Source: Bacteroidia bacterium
Lineage (GTDB): Bacteria; Bacteroidota; Bacteroidia; Palsa-965
Direction: 5' to 3'
NCBI GenBank assembly: GCA_039918435.1
Contig: JBDSHN010000057.1
Location: 7,244 to 71,243 of the forward strand
Length of the DNA stretch: 64,000 nucleotides
A program made the translations under genes and the position numbers. Below, piece after piece: positions 41,312 to 51,853 of this stretch (the first letter of the stretch is position 1; each line of letters starts with the position of its first letter). A model generated the notes under the pieces. The model did not search any database, had not been told where the DNA came from, and saw only the letters and a list, made by a program, of their open reading frames with translations.

Positions 41312-42093
41312 ACTTTAAATTGAACCCCGGAAAAATGGATGCAAAGATTACAGCGATCATCGTGGATGATGAAAGACAAAGCAGGGATGTATTGAATAGC
41401 CTGCTTAACAACTTCTCGAATGAAATAGAAATCATCGGCGAAGCTGGTAATATTGATGATGCATTTGGAATCATAAATGAAAAAAAGCCGCAACTGGTAT
41501 TTCTCGATATTCAAATGCCAAGAGGAAACGGATTTACCCTGCTCAAAAAATTTGATGAGATTACTTTTGAAATTATTTTTGTAACCAGCTTTGATAAATA
41601 TGCGATCAATGCCATAAAGTTCAGTGCGCTCGATTATTTACTCAAGCCGATTGAAGTAAAAGACATGGAAGAAGCTGTTGCAAAAGCAGTCAAAAGTATT
41701 TCAAAGAAGCACAACAGCAATCCGCAAATAGTGAACCTGCTTCATAATATAAATGCAGGCTCAAAAGATTTAAAGATGATGCTCCAGATCGGCGAGCACA
41801 TGAAGCTCATTACATCGGCCAATATTGCTTACATAGAAAGTGACGGAAGCTATTGCAATATAACGACGATCGCAAATGAACGCTACATCACCGCTCGTTA
41901 TTTAAAAGATTTTGAAGATTACTTTGGTGAAGATTCTTACTTCGTGCGCATACACAGAGGCTGCCTTCTGAATGTAATGCAGATCAAAGGATATAATGTT
42001 GGAGAGCCCTGCATTATTGAAATGAATAACGGGCAAACATTTGAAGTAGCACGCAGGAAAAAGCAGGAAGTGCTGGAACGGTTAAAGAAATAG
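41308..42093 (+). CDS. LytTR family response regulator
   Basis: IVDDE, FLDIQMP, YLLKP, FVRIHR; start may be ATG 41335. Confidence 0.95.
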   Translation: MNFKLNPGKMDAKITAIIVDDERQSRDVLNSLLNNFSNEIEIIGEAGNIDDAFGIINEKKPQLVFLDIQMPRGNGFTLLKKFDEITFEIIFVTSFDKYAINAIKFSALDYLLKPIEVKDMEEAVAKAVKSISKKHNSNPQIVNLLHNINAGSKDLKMMLQIGEHMKLITSANIAYIESDGSYCNITTIANERYITARYLKDFEDYFGEDSYFVRIHRGCLLNVMQIKGYNVGEPCIIEMNNGQTFEVARRKKQEVLERLKK

Positions 42094-42094
42094 T

Positions 42095-43132
42095 TTACTC
42101 CAGGTATTTCCCGGCTTTTTCAACTACGTGTGTGGCAATGGCCAGTCGTCCAGCCTGGTTGTAGTGCTCGCTCACGGTATAAGGTTCGAGAAAGTCGGCA
42201 GCTTCAACCAGTCCGAGATTATCGACAACGATTACACCGTTTTTATTGTAACGGTTCATCAGTAAATCACGGTTTTGCATCATGACTGAAACGAGCTGCG
42301 AACCAACAAGCGAATCGGCGCAATCTACTTTTTCTGATACAAGATTAAAAACCAGGCGCAGATTTTTTTTGCGGGCCGACTGAACAATTTCATCGAAATC
42401 TTTAATACGCGGATTAGATAATGTGTCAATAGAAAAACCGAGCACCTTTATATAATTACATGCAAGATCTTTTTGCGGATTGTTTGGCGTTCCATCGGGG
42501 AATGTATCCATAGTCGAATAACATCTCGCATCATTCCAGTCATACGTGGTTTGAAATTCGAAATCAGGTGCAACATTCAATGGATCTTTACGCCAGTGAT
42601 TTACCATTTCTTTCTCACGTTCTTTCTGTGGCTTTGTATCATAATCGCCAAAAGCAAGCATCAGGCGTTTAATGATGGGCGGGTACGTGCTGTACATTAC
42701 ATTGGCTTTCATCAGTGGAGTTTCGAGTGCGGAGTTAATCCAGCCAATGCCGAATGAACGTAAATTCATGGTGACGACCAGTGTTTTCACTTTTGCACCG
42801 AGCCTGATATTTTTAATTAATGCAAGATAATTCGCTGCATGATAAGCGCCATGGTCCAGTGTCCCGATTTTAACTTGCGGACACTGACGTTGTATCAACT
42901 GGCTTATCGATAAAGCACATGTATCATCCGGAGAATAGGTCGCATTAGATGATTCGCCGAAATAAAGAACATCACATTTATTTTGGAGACTATCGAGCTT
43001 AAATAAAAGTGTTGCATCGGCTTCAACCACATCTGTCTGATAAAACCACCGTACATAAATCACATCAGCAAGTGCTAAAACACCCGGGAGCATCACGCAA
43101 AAGCAAATTCCTTTTAAAATGGATTTTTTCAT
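42095..43132 (-). CDS. Membrane-anchored SGNH/DltD-like protein, putative acyl-transfer partner of the MBOAT
   Basis: N-terminal TM, YFGESS (block I-like) and EHYNQAG (block V-like); directly after MBOAT. Confidence 0.6.
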   Translation of the reverse strand: MKKSILKGICFCVMLPGVLALADVIYVRWFYQTDVVEADATLLFKLDSLQNKCDVLYFGESSNATYSPDDTCALSISQLIQRQCPQVKIGTLDHGAYHAANYLALIKNIRLGAKVKTLVVTMNLRSFGIGWINSALETPLMKANVMYSTYPPIIKRLMLAFGDYDTKPQKEREKEMVNHWRKDPLNVAPDFEFQTTYDWNDARCYSTMDTFPDGTPNNPQKDLACNYIKVLGFSIDTLSNPRIKDFDEIVQSARKKNLRLVFNLVSEKVDCADSLVGSQLVSVMMQNRDLLMNRYNKNGVIVVDNLGLVEAADFLEPYTVSEHYNQAGRLAIATHVVEKAGKYLE

Positions 43133-43134
43133 TT

Positions 43135-44544
43135 TCAGAATTTGAAATAAATAAATTCATAGCTCTTGACGCCACTGAAAAGAAATATACAAAACAGCAG
43201 CACAGCATAAAAATTCCAGCGCAAATAAACAGGACGTTTATCCAGCCACGTATCAAATCGTTTTTTTACAATAATTATTTCAAGCATAAAAAAGATGAGA
43301 ATAGGAAGTGCTATCCAATAGTTTATATCGAGCGCCGAAGCATTTGCAGCCGCGGGATGAAAAACTCCACTGATGATTTTCTTCGCAGCAGTGAAATTTT
43401 CGGCACGGAAAAATATCCAGATGAAGGTAACAAGCACAAATGTTTTAATCCCGAGCAGGAATTTTATTGCGGGAATTTTTGAAATTGAATTAACACCCGG
43501 AATTTTATTCGCAAAAAATTCGATACAATAAAGAATACCATGGAGTGCACCCCAAATCAAAAAAGTGTATTGCGCACCGTGCCAGAATCCACTGAGAATA
43601 AATACGACAAGAATATTTATAACAAACCGGAATGTTTTCACCCGGCTTCCGCCCATTGGGATAAATACATAGTCGCGGAACCAGGTGCTGAGTGAAATAT
43701 GCCAGCGTTGCCAGAAATCGCGGATGCTTGCTGCGAAATAAGGCTGCCTGAAATTATCCATCAGGTCTATGCCCATCATTTTTGCTGCACCTAAGGCAAT
43801 GGTAGAATAACCGTAAAAATCAGCGTAGATCTGTAAGGAGAATGCAAAAAGTGCAGTGATAATGGAACCCGATCCGAACTTTTCAGGGTGCTCATAAACC
43901 TGGTTCACAATCGGCGCGAGATTATCTGCCACGCACATTTTTATAAATAGTCCGTAAAGCACCAGCTTGAATCCTGTTGAAATATTTTCATACCTGTAAA
44001 GATGTTTTTCATGTAGCCTTGCTCCTAAACGATCATACCGTTCAATCGGGCCTGCGACCATCTGTGGGAAAAACAAAACGTAATTCGCAAAATAACCGAT
44101 GTGGCGTTCTGCCTTCTGTTTTCCACGGTAAACTTCAATGGTATAGCTCAGCGATTGAAACGTATGAAAAGAAAGTCCAATCGGCAACAAAATGGATTTA
44201 ATATCAAAAGTGTTTCCCGCATGCGTATAAGCAGAAAAGTTATTCCATACATCAATAAAAAAATTGAAGTACTTGAAATAACACAGCATACCGATATTCC
44301 CGACAACGCTGATCAGCAGAAATAATTTTCGCCGGGTGCCAGTGTTTTTCTCAATCAAAAGTCCGCTGAAATAATCAATGAGAATAATTGCAAACAGGAT
44401 AAGAATATACGGCGGATAAAAAGCCATATAGAAATAACAACTTGCAACAAAAAGCAATATCCATGTGAACCGCTCTGCAATTAAATAATAGAGTACGATT
44501 ACAACAGGAAGAAAGAGAAGAAACTGAAATGAATTAAAAAGCAT
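43135..44544 (-). CDS. MBOAT family O-acyltransferase (AlgI/DltB-like)
   Basis: MLFNS, LPIGLSFHTFQ, AGPIER, FWQRWHISLSTWFRDYV, SGFWHGA. Confidence 0.95.
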   Translation of the reverse strand: MLFNSFQFLLFLPVVIVLYYLIAERFTWILLFVASCYFYMAFYPPYILILFAIILIDYFSGLLIEKNTGTRRKLFLLISVVGNIGMLCYFKYFNFFIDVWNNFSAYTHAGNTFDIKSILLPIGLSFHTFQSLSYTIEVYRGKQKAERHIGYFANYVLFFPQMVAGPIERYDRLGARLHEKHLYRYENISTGFKLVLYGLFIKMCVADNLAPIVNQVYEHPEKFGSGSIITALFAFSLQIYADFYGYSTIALGAAKMMGIDLMDNFRQPYFAASIRDFWQRWHISLSTWFRDYVFIPMGGSRVKTFRFVINILVVFILSGFWHGAQYTFLIWGALHGILYCIEFFANKIPGVNSISKIPAIKFLLGIKTFVLVTFIWIFFRAENFTAAKKIISGVFHPAAANASALDINYWIALPILIFFMLEIIIVKKRFDTWLDKRPVYLRWNFYAVLLFCIFLFSGVKSYEFIYFKF

Positions 44545-44580
44545 TTCGGAAAATTATCATTATTTCGTGCCACATGACCA

Positions 44581-46371
44581 TTACCTGCCTTTAATCATCA
44601 CGCTGAAATCGTCTATGAAAACAATACCGCTTATAGACTTGAAAAAAACCTTTAAAACAGTTCCTTCTTCATAATACGGAGGGATTACTACTTCATAGCT
44701 GACTTTTTGCCACGCACCCGGTTGCTGCACTAATGGCAATGGATGAAAAGTTGCGTAAAATAATTTATCCTCTTTTACCTGCGATACGACAAGCTCTGCG
44801 CTGTCCGGCGCATTATCCCGCAATACATAAGCACTGACGATCAAGCGCGATTGATGACTGAAGATTGGGTTGTCCGACATGATCCGCACAAATCCGCAGG
44901 AATATATATAAGTCGAATCAATTCGTGAAGCATGCTTTCCGGAGTATGCCGTTCCTTCAGAGATCGTTTCGAGTCCCGGCCATTCCACCTCGCCTTCCAT
45001 ATCATTAAAATCACCATCCGATTCCATGGCATGGCTGACATTATTGATTGTATCGAAATATTTTTTATCCGTTTTTAAGAACACAAGCCAATAAGCGTCC
45101 TTGTTCATTGCCCCGCCATGGATAATACGGTGCACATACTGATATTGCTGAATGCCATAAAAACACACCAGCAACATACCAATAACTGAAACCGGAACCA
45201 GGATAATTTTCTTCGTCCACGCAGCATTTACCAGGAAAGCCATGGGTAATGCAGCAAGCGAATAATAATCGACGTATGCCCGCAGACCAAAGCTGAAACC
45301 ATACTGCCATTGATGCCATGAAGAAACAATCCATGCTATAATAATGAACACCGGTAACAACGAAAAAGCAATGAATCTTGAACGCCGTGCCATTGCAAAA
45401 AAACCAGGAAGAGCAAAAAAGATCATTGGTGTGTAAATGAACAATCCTTTTTCATAGCTAAAAAGTGTTCCGTAGAAATGAGGGTTTGAAAAATCAAATC
45501 CTTCGTCCTGGTAAGCCCAGACAAAAAAGTGACCGGTCTGCCAATGATAGATATAGAGTTGCACGAAGCAAACCAGGAGAAACACTAAAAGACCTGCGCC
45601 AGTGGAAAATAAATTTTTTCCCATCCAGCGAAATCCCTCTTTTACATTTTCCCATTCACCTGCCATTGCGGGAAATGCGAGTACAACGACAAGATTTACC
45701 GGGCGGAGTATGGCTACAACTCCCAATGCAGCCGCAGCAAACAATATATTTTTTCGTGATGGCGAAAGAAAAAAACGGCGAATAAAATAAAGGAAACCAG
45801 CAACAGCCGCGAAAGAATAAACGTGCGACATAGAAGGTTCAAACAGCGCATAATGAAAAAGATTCGTGCCGAATGCAAAACAAATGCAAATGATGAGTAC
45901 TACGCCCTTTCTGAATTGGAATGTTTCCAGCAGTTTCCATGTAAAAAACATTCCAAGCAGAAAATAAAAAAGAGCGCCTATGGCAAAACAATAAAAATAG
46001 GGCTTTGAATATCCGCCCGGCTCGAATCCGAAATTTTTCGCAATCAAATGACCAATGCCAAAAAACGGTGACTGGAGAAATGCCACTCCACTGAAATATT
46101 TATTGACAGGCTTGTCATCAATTTTATTTAGAAAATTTGCTTCGTCAGGTGTGACAGCAGATTGACTTACATAAAAGCTACAGGAAGGATCATTGTAAAT
46201 AAAAAACGCGGGCAGCTGTGCATAATAACCCCGGCCATCCATATAAACAGCGACGCGCCAGCCTTCGCCTTTCATTTTATCCAGCATGAATCCTGTGGAA
46301 ATGCCGGCAAGGACAAATAGAAAAACCCACATTGTCCGCTTAATGAAAAACGATTTTATTTTCTGTAGCAT
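44581..46371 (-). CDS. Multi-pass GT-C-like membrane protein with C-terminal carbohydrate-binding-like domain
   Basis: DGRGYY loop after first TM, about 11 TMs, C-terminal beta-sandwich-like region (AYSGKHA...FIDDF). Confidence 0.6.
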   Translation of the reverse strand: MLQKIKSFFIKRTMWVFLFVLAGISTGFMLDKMKGEGWRVAVYMDGRGYYAQLPAFFIYNDPSCSFYVSQSAVTPDEANFLNKIDDKPVNKYFSGVAFLQSPFFGIGHLIAKNFGFEPGGYSKPYFYCFAIGALFYFLLGMFFTWKLLETFQFRKGVVLIICICFAFGTNLFHYALFEPSMSHVYSFAAVAGFLYFIRRFFLSPSRKNILFAAAALGVVAILRPVNLVVVLAFPAMAGEWENVKEGFRWMGKNLFSTGAGLLVFLLVCFVQLYIYHWQTGHFFVWAYQDEGFDFSNPHFYGTLFSYEKGLFIYTPMIFFALPGFFAMARRSRFIAFSLLPVFIIIAWIVSSWHQWQYGFSFGLRAYVDYYSLAALPMAFLVNAAWTKKIILVPVSVIGMLLVCFYGIQQYQYVHRIIHGGAMNKDAYWLVFLKTDKKYFDTINNVSHAMESDGDFNDMEGEVEWPGLETISEGTAYSGKHASRIDSTYIYSCGFVRIMSDNPIFSHQSRLIVSAYVLRDNAPDSAELVVSQVKEDKLFYATFHPLPLVQQPGAWQKVSYEVVIPPYYEEGTVLKVFFKSISGIVFIDDFSVMIKGR

Positions 46372-46383
46372 TTTGTCGTCAGA

Positions 46384-47769
46384 TCAGATTAATCCGCGGG
46401 ATTTTAACTCAAGGTATTTATTAATCGTATTCACTGTGAGATTTTGCGGCGAAGTGTAAACTGCATGAATGGCATATTTCTCCAGCTCTTTTACGATCAG
46501 CTTTTTCTCGTAAACAAATTTTTCTGCTATCGTCTGGTAATAAATTTCCTGCATGTTGCCTGGCTTTTTATCGAGAAAAGAGCGCAGCTCCGTATTTTCA
46601 AAAAAGATGACAACCAGCAAATGATCTTTCGAAAGCCGGCGGAAATATTGCAATTGCCTTTGCATACTCGAAAGTGTTTCAAAATTCGTGAACAGCAACA
46701 GCAGGCTTCTCTGCCTTACATGCTGCTTGACTGTTGCATACAATTTCCCATAATCAGATTCCTGGTAGCCGGTCTTCGTTGCATACAGCAGTTCCATGAT
46801 ATTATGCATCTGTAATCCTTTTCGTTCTGCGGCAAGCACTTTATGCACCTTCTTTGAAAAGGTTACAATTCCTGCTTTATCATATTTCAACATTGCAATA
46901 TTTGAAATGACCAGGCTTGCATTGATCGCATAATCAAGAAGTGTCAACCCTTCGAATGGCATTTTCATCACGCGACCAATATCAATAAGCGAATAAACCT
47001 GCTGGGATTTTTCGTCCTGGTAAGTATTTACCATTAACCGGTCTCTTCTTGCAGTCGCTTTCCAATTTACAGTACGGGGATCGTCACCGGCAACATAATC
47101 TTTGATGGTATCAAACTCGCGATTTTGTCCGATGCGTCTTATTTTTTTAATTCCGGCTTCATTCAGGCGATTGGAGATTGCCAACAATTCATAACGTCGC
47201 ATCTGTATGAAGGATGGATACACCGGCACCATCTGGTCATTTTCAAATTTGTACCGGCGCTGCATTAATCCTAAAACCGTTTTCACAAACACATTTACTG
47301 CGCCGAAAATATATTCGCCACGTTTTACCGGGCGTACTTTGTATGTCAGCAATTTCGATTTGAATGGTGCAATAACTGCTTTATAGCTTAGGTCGCGCGC
47401 CTGGAACTGAACAGGCAATTCATCAACGATGGTAAGAAAAACAGGAAAAGGATATTTGTTCTCAAGATGAATGCGGATATCATTCAGATCGCCGTTGGAT
47501 AATTTTTCCATCATATCACGGCGCGCAAAAATTCCTTTACGCCTGCAATAAAGTAAAACCAAATCGACAAGCACGATACAGGGAAGCACAAGCGCTGCAA
47601 TCGTGGCGATATGATAAAGCGACGGGAAAAAATAAGCGACCATGCAAAACAACGCAAGCAAACCACAAAGCAGGAAGAAACGCCCCGTAAAATAAAACGA
47701 GCGAATGAACCGGAAGAGAAAAAATCCCTGGTCTGAATTGTTCTGTTGCATCAGCGCTTGTTCTGCCAC
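46384..47769 (-). CDS. DUF58 domain protein
   Basis: EFDTIKDYVAGDDPRTVNWKATAR; follows MoxR. Confidence 0.92.
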   Translation of the reverse strand: MAEQALMQQNNSDQGFFLFRFIRSFYFTGRFFLLCGLLALFCMVAYFFPSLYHIATIAALVLPCIVLVDLVLLYCRRKGIFARRDMMEKLSNGDLNDIRIHLENKYPFPVFLTIVDELPVQFQARDLSYKAVIAPFKSKLLTYKVRPVKRGEYIFGAVNVFVKTVLGLMQRRYKFENDQMVPVYPSFIQMRRYELLAISNRLNEAGIKKIRRIGQNREFDTIKDYVAGDDPRTVNWKATARRDRLMVNTYQDEKSQQVYSLIDIGRVMKMPFEGLTLLDYAINASLVISNIAMLKYDKAGIVTFSKKVHKVLAAERKGLQMHNIMELLYATKTGYQESDYGKLYATVKQHVRQRSLLLLFTNFETLSSMQRQLQYFRRLSKDHLLVVIFFENTELRSFLDKKPGNMQEIYYQTIAEKFVYEKKLIVKELEKYAIHAVYTSPQNLTVNTINKYLELKSRGLI

Positions 47770-47770
47770 G

Positions 47771-48748
47771 TTATCTTGGAATTTCTACTTGCTGGATGAT
47801 CTGGCGAACAACATCTTTTGCGGAAAGACCTTCCATCTCTTTTTCAGGTGTGAGCATAACACGATGCTGCAAAACAGAAGGCGCAACTTCACGGATATCA
47901 TCGGGCGTAACAAAATCTCTTCCGCGCATTGCTGCAATTGCTTTCGATGAAGTAAGAATTGCAAGTGAAGCACGTGGTGAAGCGCCAAGATAAAGCGCTG
48001 CATTATTTCTTGTCTGTCCTACAATTTGTGCGATGTAACCAAGCAGGTTTGGCTCTACATGCAAACTGTAAACTTTTTCACGGTATTCTTTTAATTGCTG
48101 CGCGGTAATAACAGGTTTGACATTTTCAATTTCGAGGGAATTTTTTCTTGCATGCCAGTCAGCAAGAATTTTTGTTTCATGCGCAAGCGTCGGATAATCC
48201 ACATCGATCTTAAACAGGAAACGATCGAGCTGTGCCTCAGGTAAACGGTAAGTTCCCTCCTGCTCCACCGGGTTTTGTGTTCCGATGACCATAAAAGGAA
48301 CATCGAGCAAGTATGTTTTTCCGTCTACCGTTACTTGCCGTTCTTCCATCGATTCAAACAACGCGGATTGTGTTTTTGCCGGCGCGCGGTTGATCTCATC
48401 GATGAGAACAATATTTGAGAAAATGGGACCCTGGCGGAATTCAAATTCATTTGATTTCAAACTGTAAACGCTTGTACCTACTACATCCGACGGCATAAGA
48501 TCGGGTGTAAATTGAATACGCGAAAATTTTACAGAAACGGTTCGCGCCAGTAATTTCGCTGTAAGCGTTTTCGCCACACCCGGAACGCCTTCGATGAGTA
48601 CATGTCCATCGGAAAGTAATGCAGCGATCAGCAAATCGACAACACGATCCTGGCCAACAATTATTTTTCCGATCTCGGCACGGACATCTGCAACGGCTTG
48701 CTGCAGATCAGCGAGGTTGATACGGTTGGAGTAAATTGGTTCTTCCAT
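47771..48748 (-). CDS. MoxR family AAA+ ATPase
   Basis: EGVPGVAKT, RIQFTPDLMPSD, DEINRAPAKTQSAL, YRLPEAQLDRF. Confidence 0.97.
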   Translation of the reverse strand: MEEPIYSNRINLADLQQAVADVRAEIGKIIVGQDRVVDLLIAALLSDGHVLIEGVPGVAKTLTAKLLARTVSVKFSRIQFTPDLMPSDVVGTSVYSLKSNEFEFRQGPIFSNIVLIDEINRAPAKTQSALFESMEERQVTVDGKTYLLDVPFMVIGTQNPVEQEGTYRLPEAQLDRFLFKIDVDYPTLAHETKILADWHARKNSLEIENVKPVITAQQLKEYREKVYSLHVEPNLLGYIAQIVGQTRNNAALYLGASPRASLAILTSSKAIAAMRGRDFVTPDDIREVAPSVLQHRVMLTPEKEMEGLSAKDVVRQIIQQVEIPR

Positions 48749-48814
48749 AATGATGCTTGTTACTTATTTTAATTCTTGCTTTTCTGTTTCAGTATGATTT
48801 TTTTTTTGCTTTTT

Positions 48815-50038
48815 TCACCTCTTGCTTCGTTCATTAAACTGCCAGATCAGCTCTTCCAGTTTTTTCAGATCCTTTTCACCTGCTCCCGGTGTATTGCGCA
48901 GGTAATCAATGGTGGCAAACAAATGTCTTACCTGGTCTTTCGGCACGCCGGATAAATTTTCAATGCGTTCTAAAAATTTATCATCAAAAGTTATGGTCTG
49001 CGCATAAAACCGTGAACGGATTGCTTCAAGAAAATAGTTGATTTTCTTTTTAATAATATCAGCATGATTTCCCTGCCGGTAATAAAGCACACCTACTTGC
49101 TCGACAAATTCAAGCGTTGAATTTCCCGGTGGTGTAACAACAGGAACTGGTCGCTGGCGACGTTTACCACCGAAGAATAAAGCGATAAGTCCGGCAATGA
49201 TGACTACGATATAGCCGAGTTTCAATGCAGGCTCTGACAAAATATACCTCCGGGAATCATGAATATCAACGCGGCCGGCTTTATAATGTTCATCAAAAAA
49301 AGTTGGCTGATCAGGCAAATAAGAAAGCACACGGAAAAGATAACGTTGCGTTGGCTTATCCGCAGCATAATAATTTGCGAATGCATCAGGAAGTGTATGC
49401 ACCAGGAACTGTCCTTTGCCATAAGCGACTTTTATAAAATTTACTTTGCCGTTTCCATTCATTCCTAAAACGGTCGTGTAAGCGGTATCGATCCTTGTAA
49501 AAACGGTGCTATAAGTTGTTTTTTCAAAAACTGCATTTTTAGCAAGATGCAGAGCCGGGTTAATAAGATTTGCTTCAACAAACACAGAGCCACTCTTCAC
49601 AGCTCCACCGAAAGTTGTTATAGAATCATTCGCAATATCAAAAAGCATCGGGTCGCCTACAGCAAAATGAAGCGTGTCGTGCAGGAACCCGAATGATCTT
49701 GCAGAAACCATTACTGTATTTCCTGCTCCTGCAAAACGGCAAAGCTGGATAATATCCTGCGCAGTCGGTTGAAAATCATTATTGATAAAAATATAATTTT
49801 GCCCTCTTAATGCCGTGTCAACCAAATTCACATAAGCAGTTTTATCTACATCTTCAAAACCGGAAGTGATCATATCCTCCAGGTAATCGCGGGTGATAAA
49901 ACATCCGTATGGACTTTTTGAGCTGCCGGTATAATTTTCTCTCCAGTCAATTTTTTTATGTGACGCATTTTGTGAGACACGGTAAAGAAAGGCCACGACC
50001 AGCAGCAGGACTAAATAATATGGCCAGTTTTTCTTCAT
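48815..50038 (-). CDS. DUF4350-like membrane-anchored protein
   Basis: SPYG motif, GKRRQRPVP, NSTLEFV; operon position. Confidence 0.75.
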   Translation of the reverse strand: MKKNWPYYLVLLLVVAFLYRVSQNASHKKIDWRENYTGSSKSPYGCFITRDYLEDMITSGFEDVDKTAYVNLVDTALRGQNYIFINNDFQPTAQDIIQLCRFAGAGNTVMVSARSFGFLHDTLHFAVGDPMLFDIANDSITTFGGAVKSGSVFVEANLINPALHLAKNAVFEKTTYSTVFTRIDTAYTTVLGMNGNGKVNFIKVAYGKGQFLVHTLPDAFANYYAADKPTQRYLFRVLSYLPDQPTFFDEHYKAGRVDIHDSRRYILSEPALKLGYIVVIIAGLIALFFGGKRRQRPVPVVTPPGNSTLEFVEQVGVLYYRQGNHADIIKKKINYFLEAIRSRFYAQTITFDDKFLERIENLSGVPKDQVRHLFATIDYLRNTPGAGEKDLKKLEELIWQFNERSKR

Positions 50039-50096
50039 TTACTTTTTTACTCGTTTATTATCTGTTTATTGAGTTTAAATATTTTATTTTCTATTT

Positions 50097-50137
50097 GAAG
50101 CGGCAGGAAAAAAGCGGCAGCGGCAGGAAAAAAATTT
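50097..50137. repeat. Dispersed intergenic repeat, copy 2
   Basis: gaagcggcaggaaaaaagcggcagcggcaggaaaaaaa. Confidence 0.8.
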
Positions 50138-50910
50138 TATTTTTTTATTTTTCCAAACAGGTTTTTGAATTTTTCTTCTGCTTTCGAATACGAATTCTGG
50201 TCGACAGGAAATTCGCCGTACCAGATGTAATCATATACATTGCTTACTTCGCCGAATTCTTTTTGGTAGGTGGTTCCGGTTAATTCATAAAAATAATCGC
50301 TGTTGGTTTTATCGATTTTCCAATGCAGTAATTCTTTATCTGAAAATGATTTAAGCGTACGCAAAAACCAAAGTCTTACTGCAAGCCGGTAATCCACTCT
50401 TGTTATAGCATCCGCAATCTGCTTTTCATAATCGATGGCGTGAATGTCCACATCTTCCAGCGTAGCATCCGTCTTTTCTGCAACGCGTGATTTTCCGGAA
50501 AACAAGGTGCTTACTCCTGTACCAGTCACTTTTAAAATGACTAGTACAATTATTGTCACAAGAATTAATATCCACAAAATATTCCATGGGTTAAAGCTTC
50601 GTCCGTGATCATCGTTCTCAAAACTTTTCATCACCTTTTCCCAGAAACCTTCCCACATACGATCAAAGACAGAAGGTTCCGGCTTTAATTCATTTTTATC
50701 ATCACGGTCATAACGCCATGCTTCATCATCGCTGTATTTCTTTTGTTTATCCGCAGATGGTTCACGCGTTACAATTGTTGCAGAATCATAGCGGAGTGTT
50801 TTCTTTTCTTCCGGATTGGCATGCACAGTTAAACCACCGAGGAATAAAATTACCACGGCGAGCCAAAAGCAGCGAATGTGCTTACCAGGTATAATCCGCT
50901 TCATCATCAT
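50137..50910 (-). CDS. DUF4129-like protein
   Basis: YRLAVR, KTNSDY, YDYIWYGEF; operon position. Confidence 0.8.
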   Translation of the reverse strand: MMMKRIIPGKHIRCFWLAVVILFLGGLTVHANPEEKKTLRYDSATIVTREPSADKQKKYSDDEAWRYDRDDKNELKPEPSVFDRMWEGFWEKVMKSFENDDHGRSFNPWNILWILILVTIIVLVILKVTGTGVSTLFSGKSRVAEKTDATLEDVDIHAIDYEKQIADAITRVDYRLAVRLWFLRTLKSFSDKELLHWKIDKTNSDYFYELTGTTYQKEFGEVSNVYDYIWYGEFPVDQNSYSKAEEKFKNLFGKIKK

Positions 50911-51853
50911 CTGTTTTGCTGCCGATTATCTCGACAATTTTTTTTGTCCCTTCGCCATCACGTTTTTCTTTCAGGCTGTAAAAGTGAAGCGCAACGGTTA
51001 CACACATTATACTGTTGATTATTGTTTTTGCAAATTCTCCAAGGGAAAGCAGCACGGTTGTGAGCAATTTCATGTTTGCCGAATTCTCATCAACGGTATA
51101 TGAAGTAAGCTGTGCAATCATCGCAATAATTGTTGCGGGCATTGAAATCGCAGTCCCGACAATATAGAGAATCAGCCAAATGCAAAAAAAGATAACCCAT
51201 GTGCTCCACCAGCTTCCTGAAAAAATACTTCCTGCTCTTCCGACGGCGGCAAAAATACCGAGGTTTTTTTTCTCTGACGTGCGTGCAATGAACACAGAAA
51301 AAACAAAATACCAGAAAGGAAAACGCACAAGCACATAAGCCAGCCAACCCGCAAAGATCAGCAGCACCGCAGCGCTGATGGAGGTGCTTGCGAGCCCGTA
51401 AATTATGTAACCCAGCACCGCCGAGATCAGCGCGATGGAAAAAAACATGACGACGAAAGAAAGCAGGTTGCCGAAAAAATCTTTGAAGATGGACCTGGTC
51501 ACATCGTTCACGTCAAATTTTCCCTGACCTTTTTCCCGATACACTTTTACAAAATGACTGACGACAATTGCGGTGAGGAGCCCATTGATTCCCCAGCGTA
51601 CCTGAGAATAAATTGTGGAAAGCGCTAAGTACGATCCCATGCGGTTTAATCCGGGCGAAGCTTCCGATCCCAGCAGATTCACCTGGAAAAAAATATTGAT
51701 GGAACAAGTGAGCAAAGCAATTGGCCCGACGAGAAATAATATCGCCCGGAAAAAAACGCTGAAATTCTCACGGATGAACTTGCGGGTTTCCCCGAAGATC
51801 CGCCCGAAGCTTCTTACACGCTCAAATCTTAGTGGTGCTTGCGCTTCGCTCAT
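50882..51853 (-). CDS. Hypothetical multi-pass membrane protein of the MoxR operon
   Basis: About 6 TMs, N-terminal RSFG, C-terminal YSLKEK. Confidence 0.8.
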   Translation of the reverse strand: MSEAQAPLRFERVRSFGRIFGETRKFIRENFSVFFRAILFLVGPIALLTCSINIFFQVNLLGSEASPGLNRMGSYLALSTIYSQVRWGINGLLTAIVVSHFVKVYREKGQGKFDVNDVTRSIFKDFFGNLLSFVVMFFSIALISAVLGYIIYGLASTSISAAVLLIFAGWLAYVLVRFPFWYFVFSVFIARTSEKKNLGIFAAVGRAGSIFSGSWWSTWVIFFCIWLILYIVGTAISMPATIIAMIAQLTSYTVDENSANMKLLTTVLLSLGEFAKTIINSIMCVTVALHFYSLKEKRDGEGTKKIVEIIGSKTDDDEADYTW

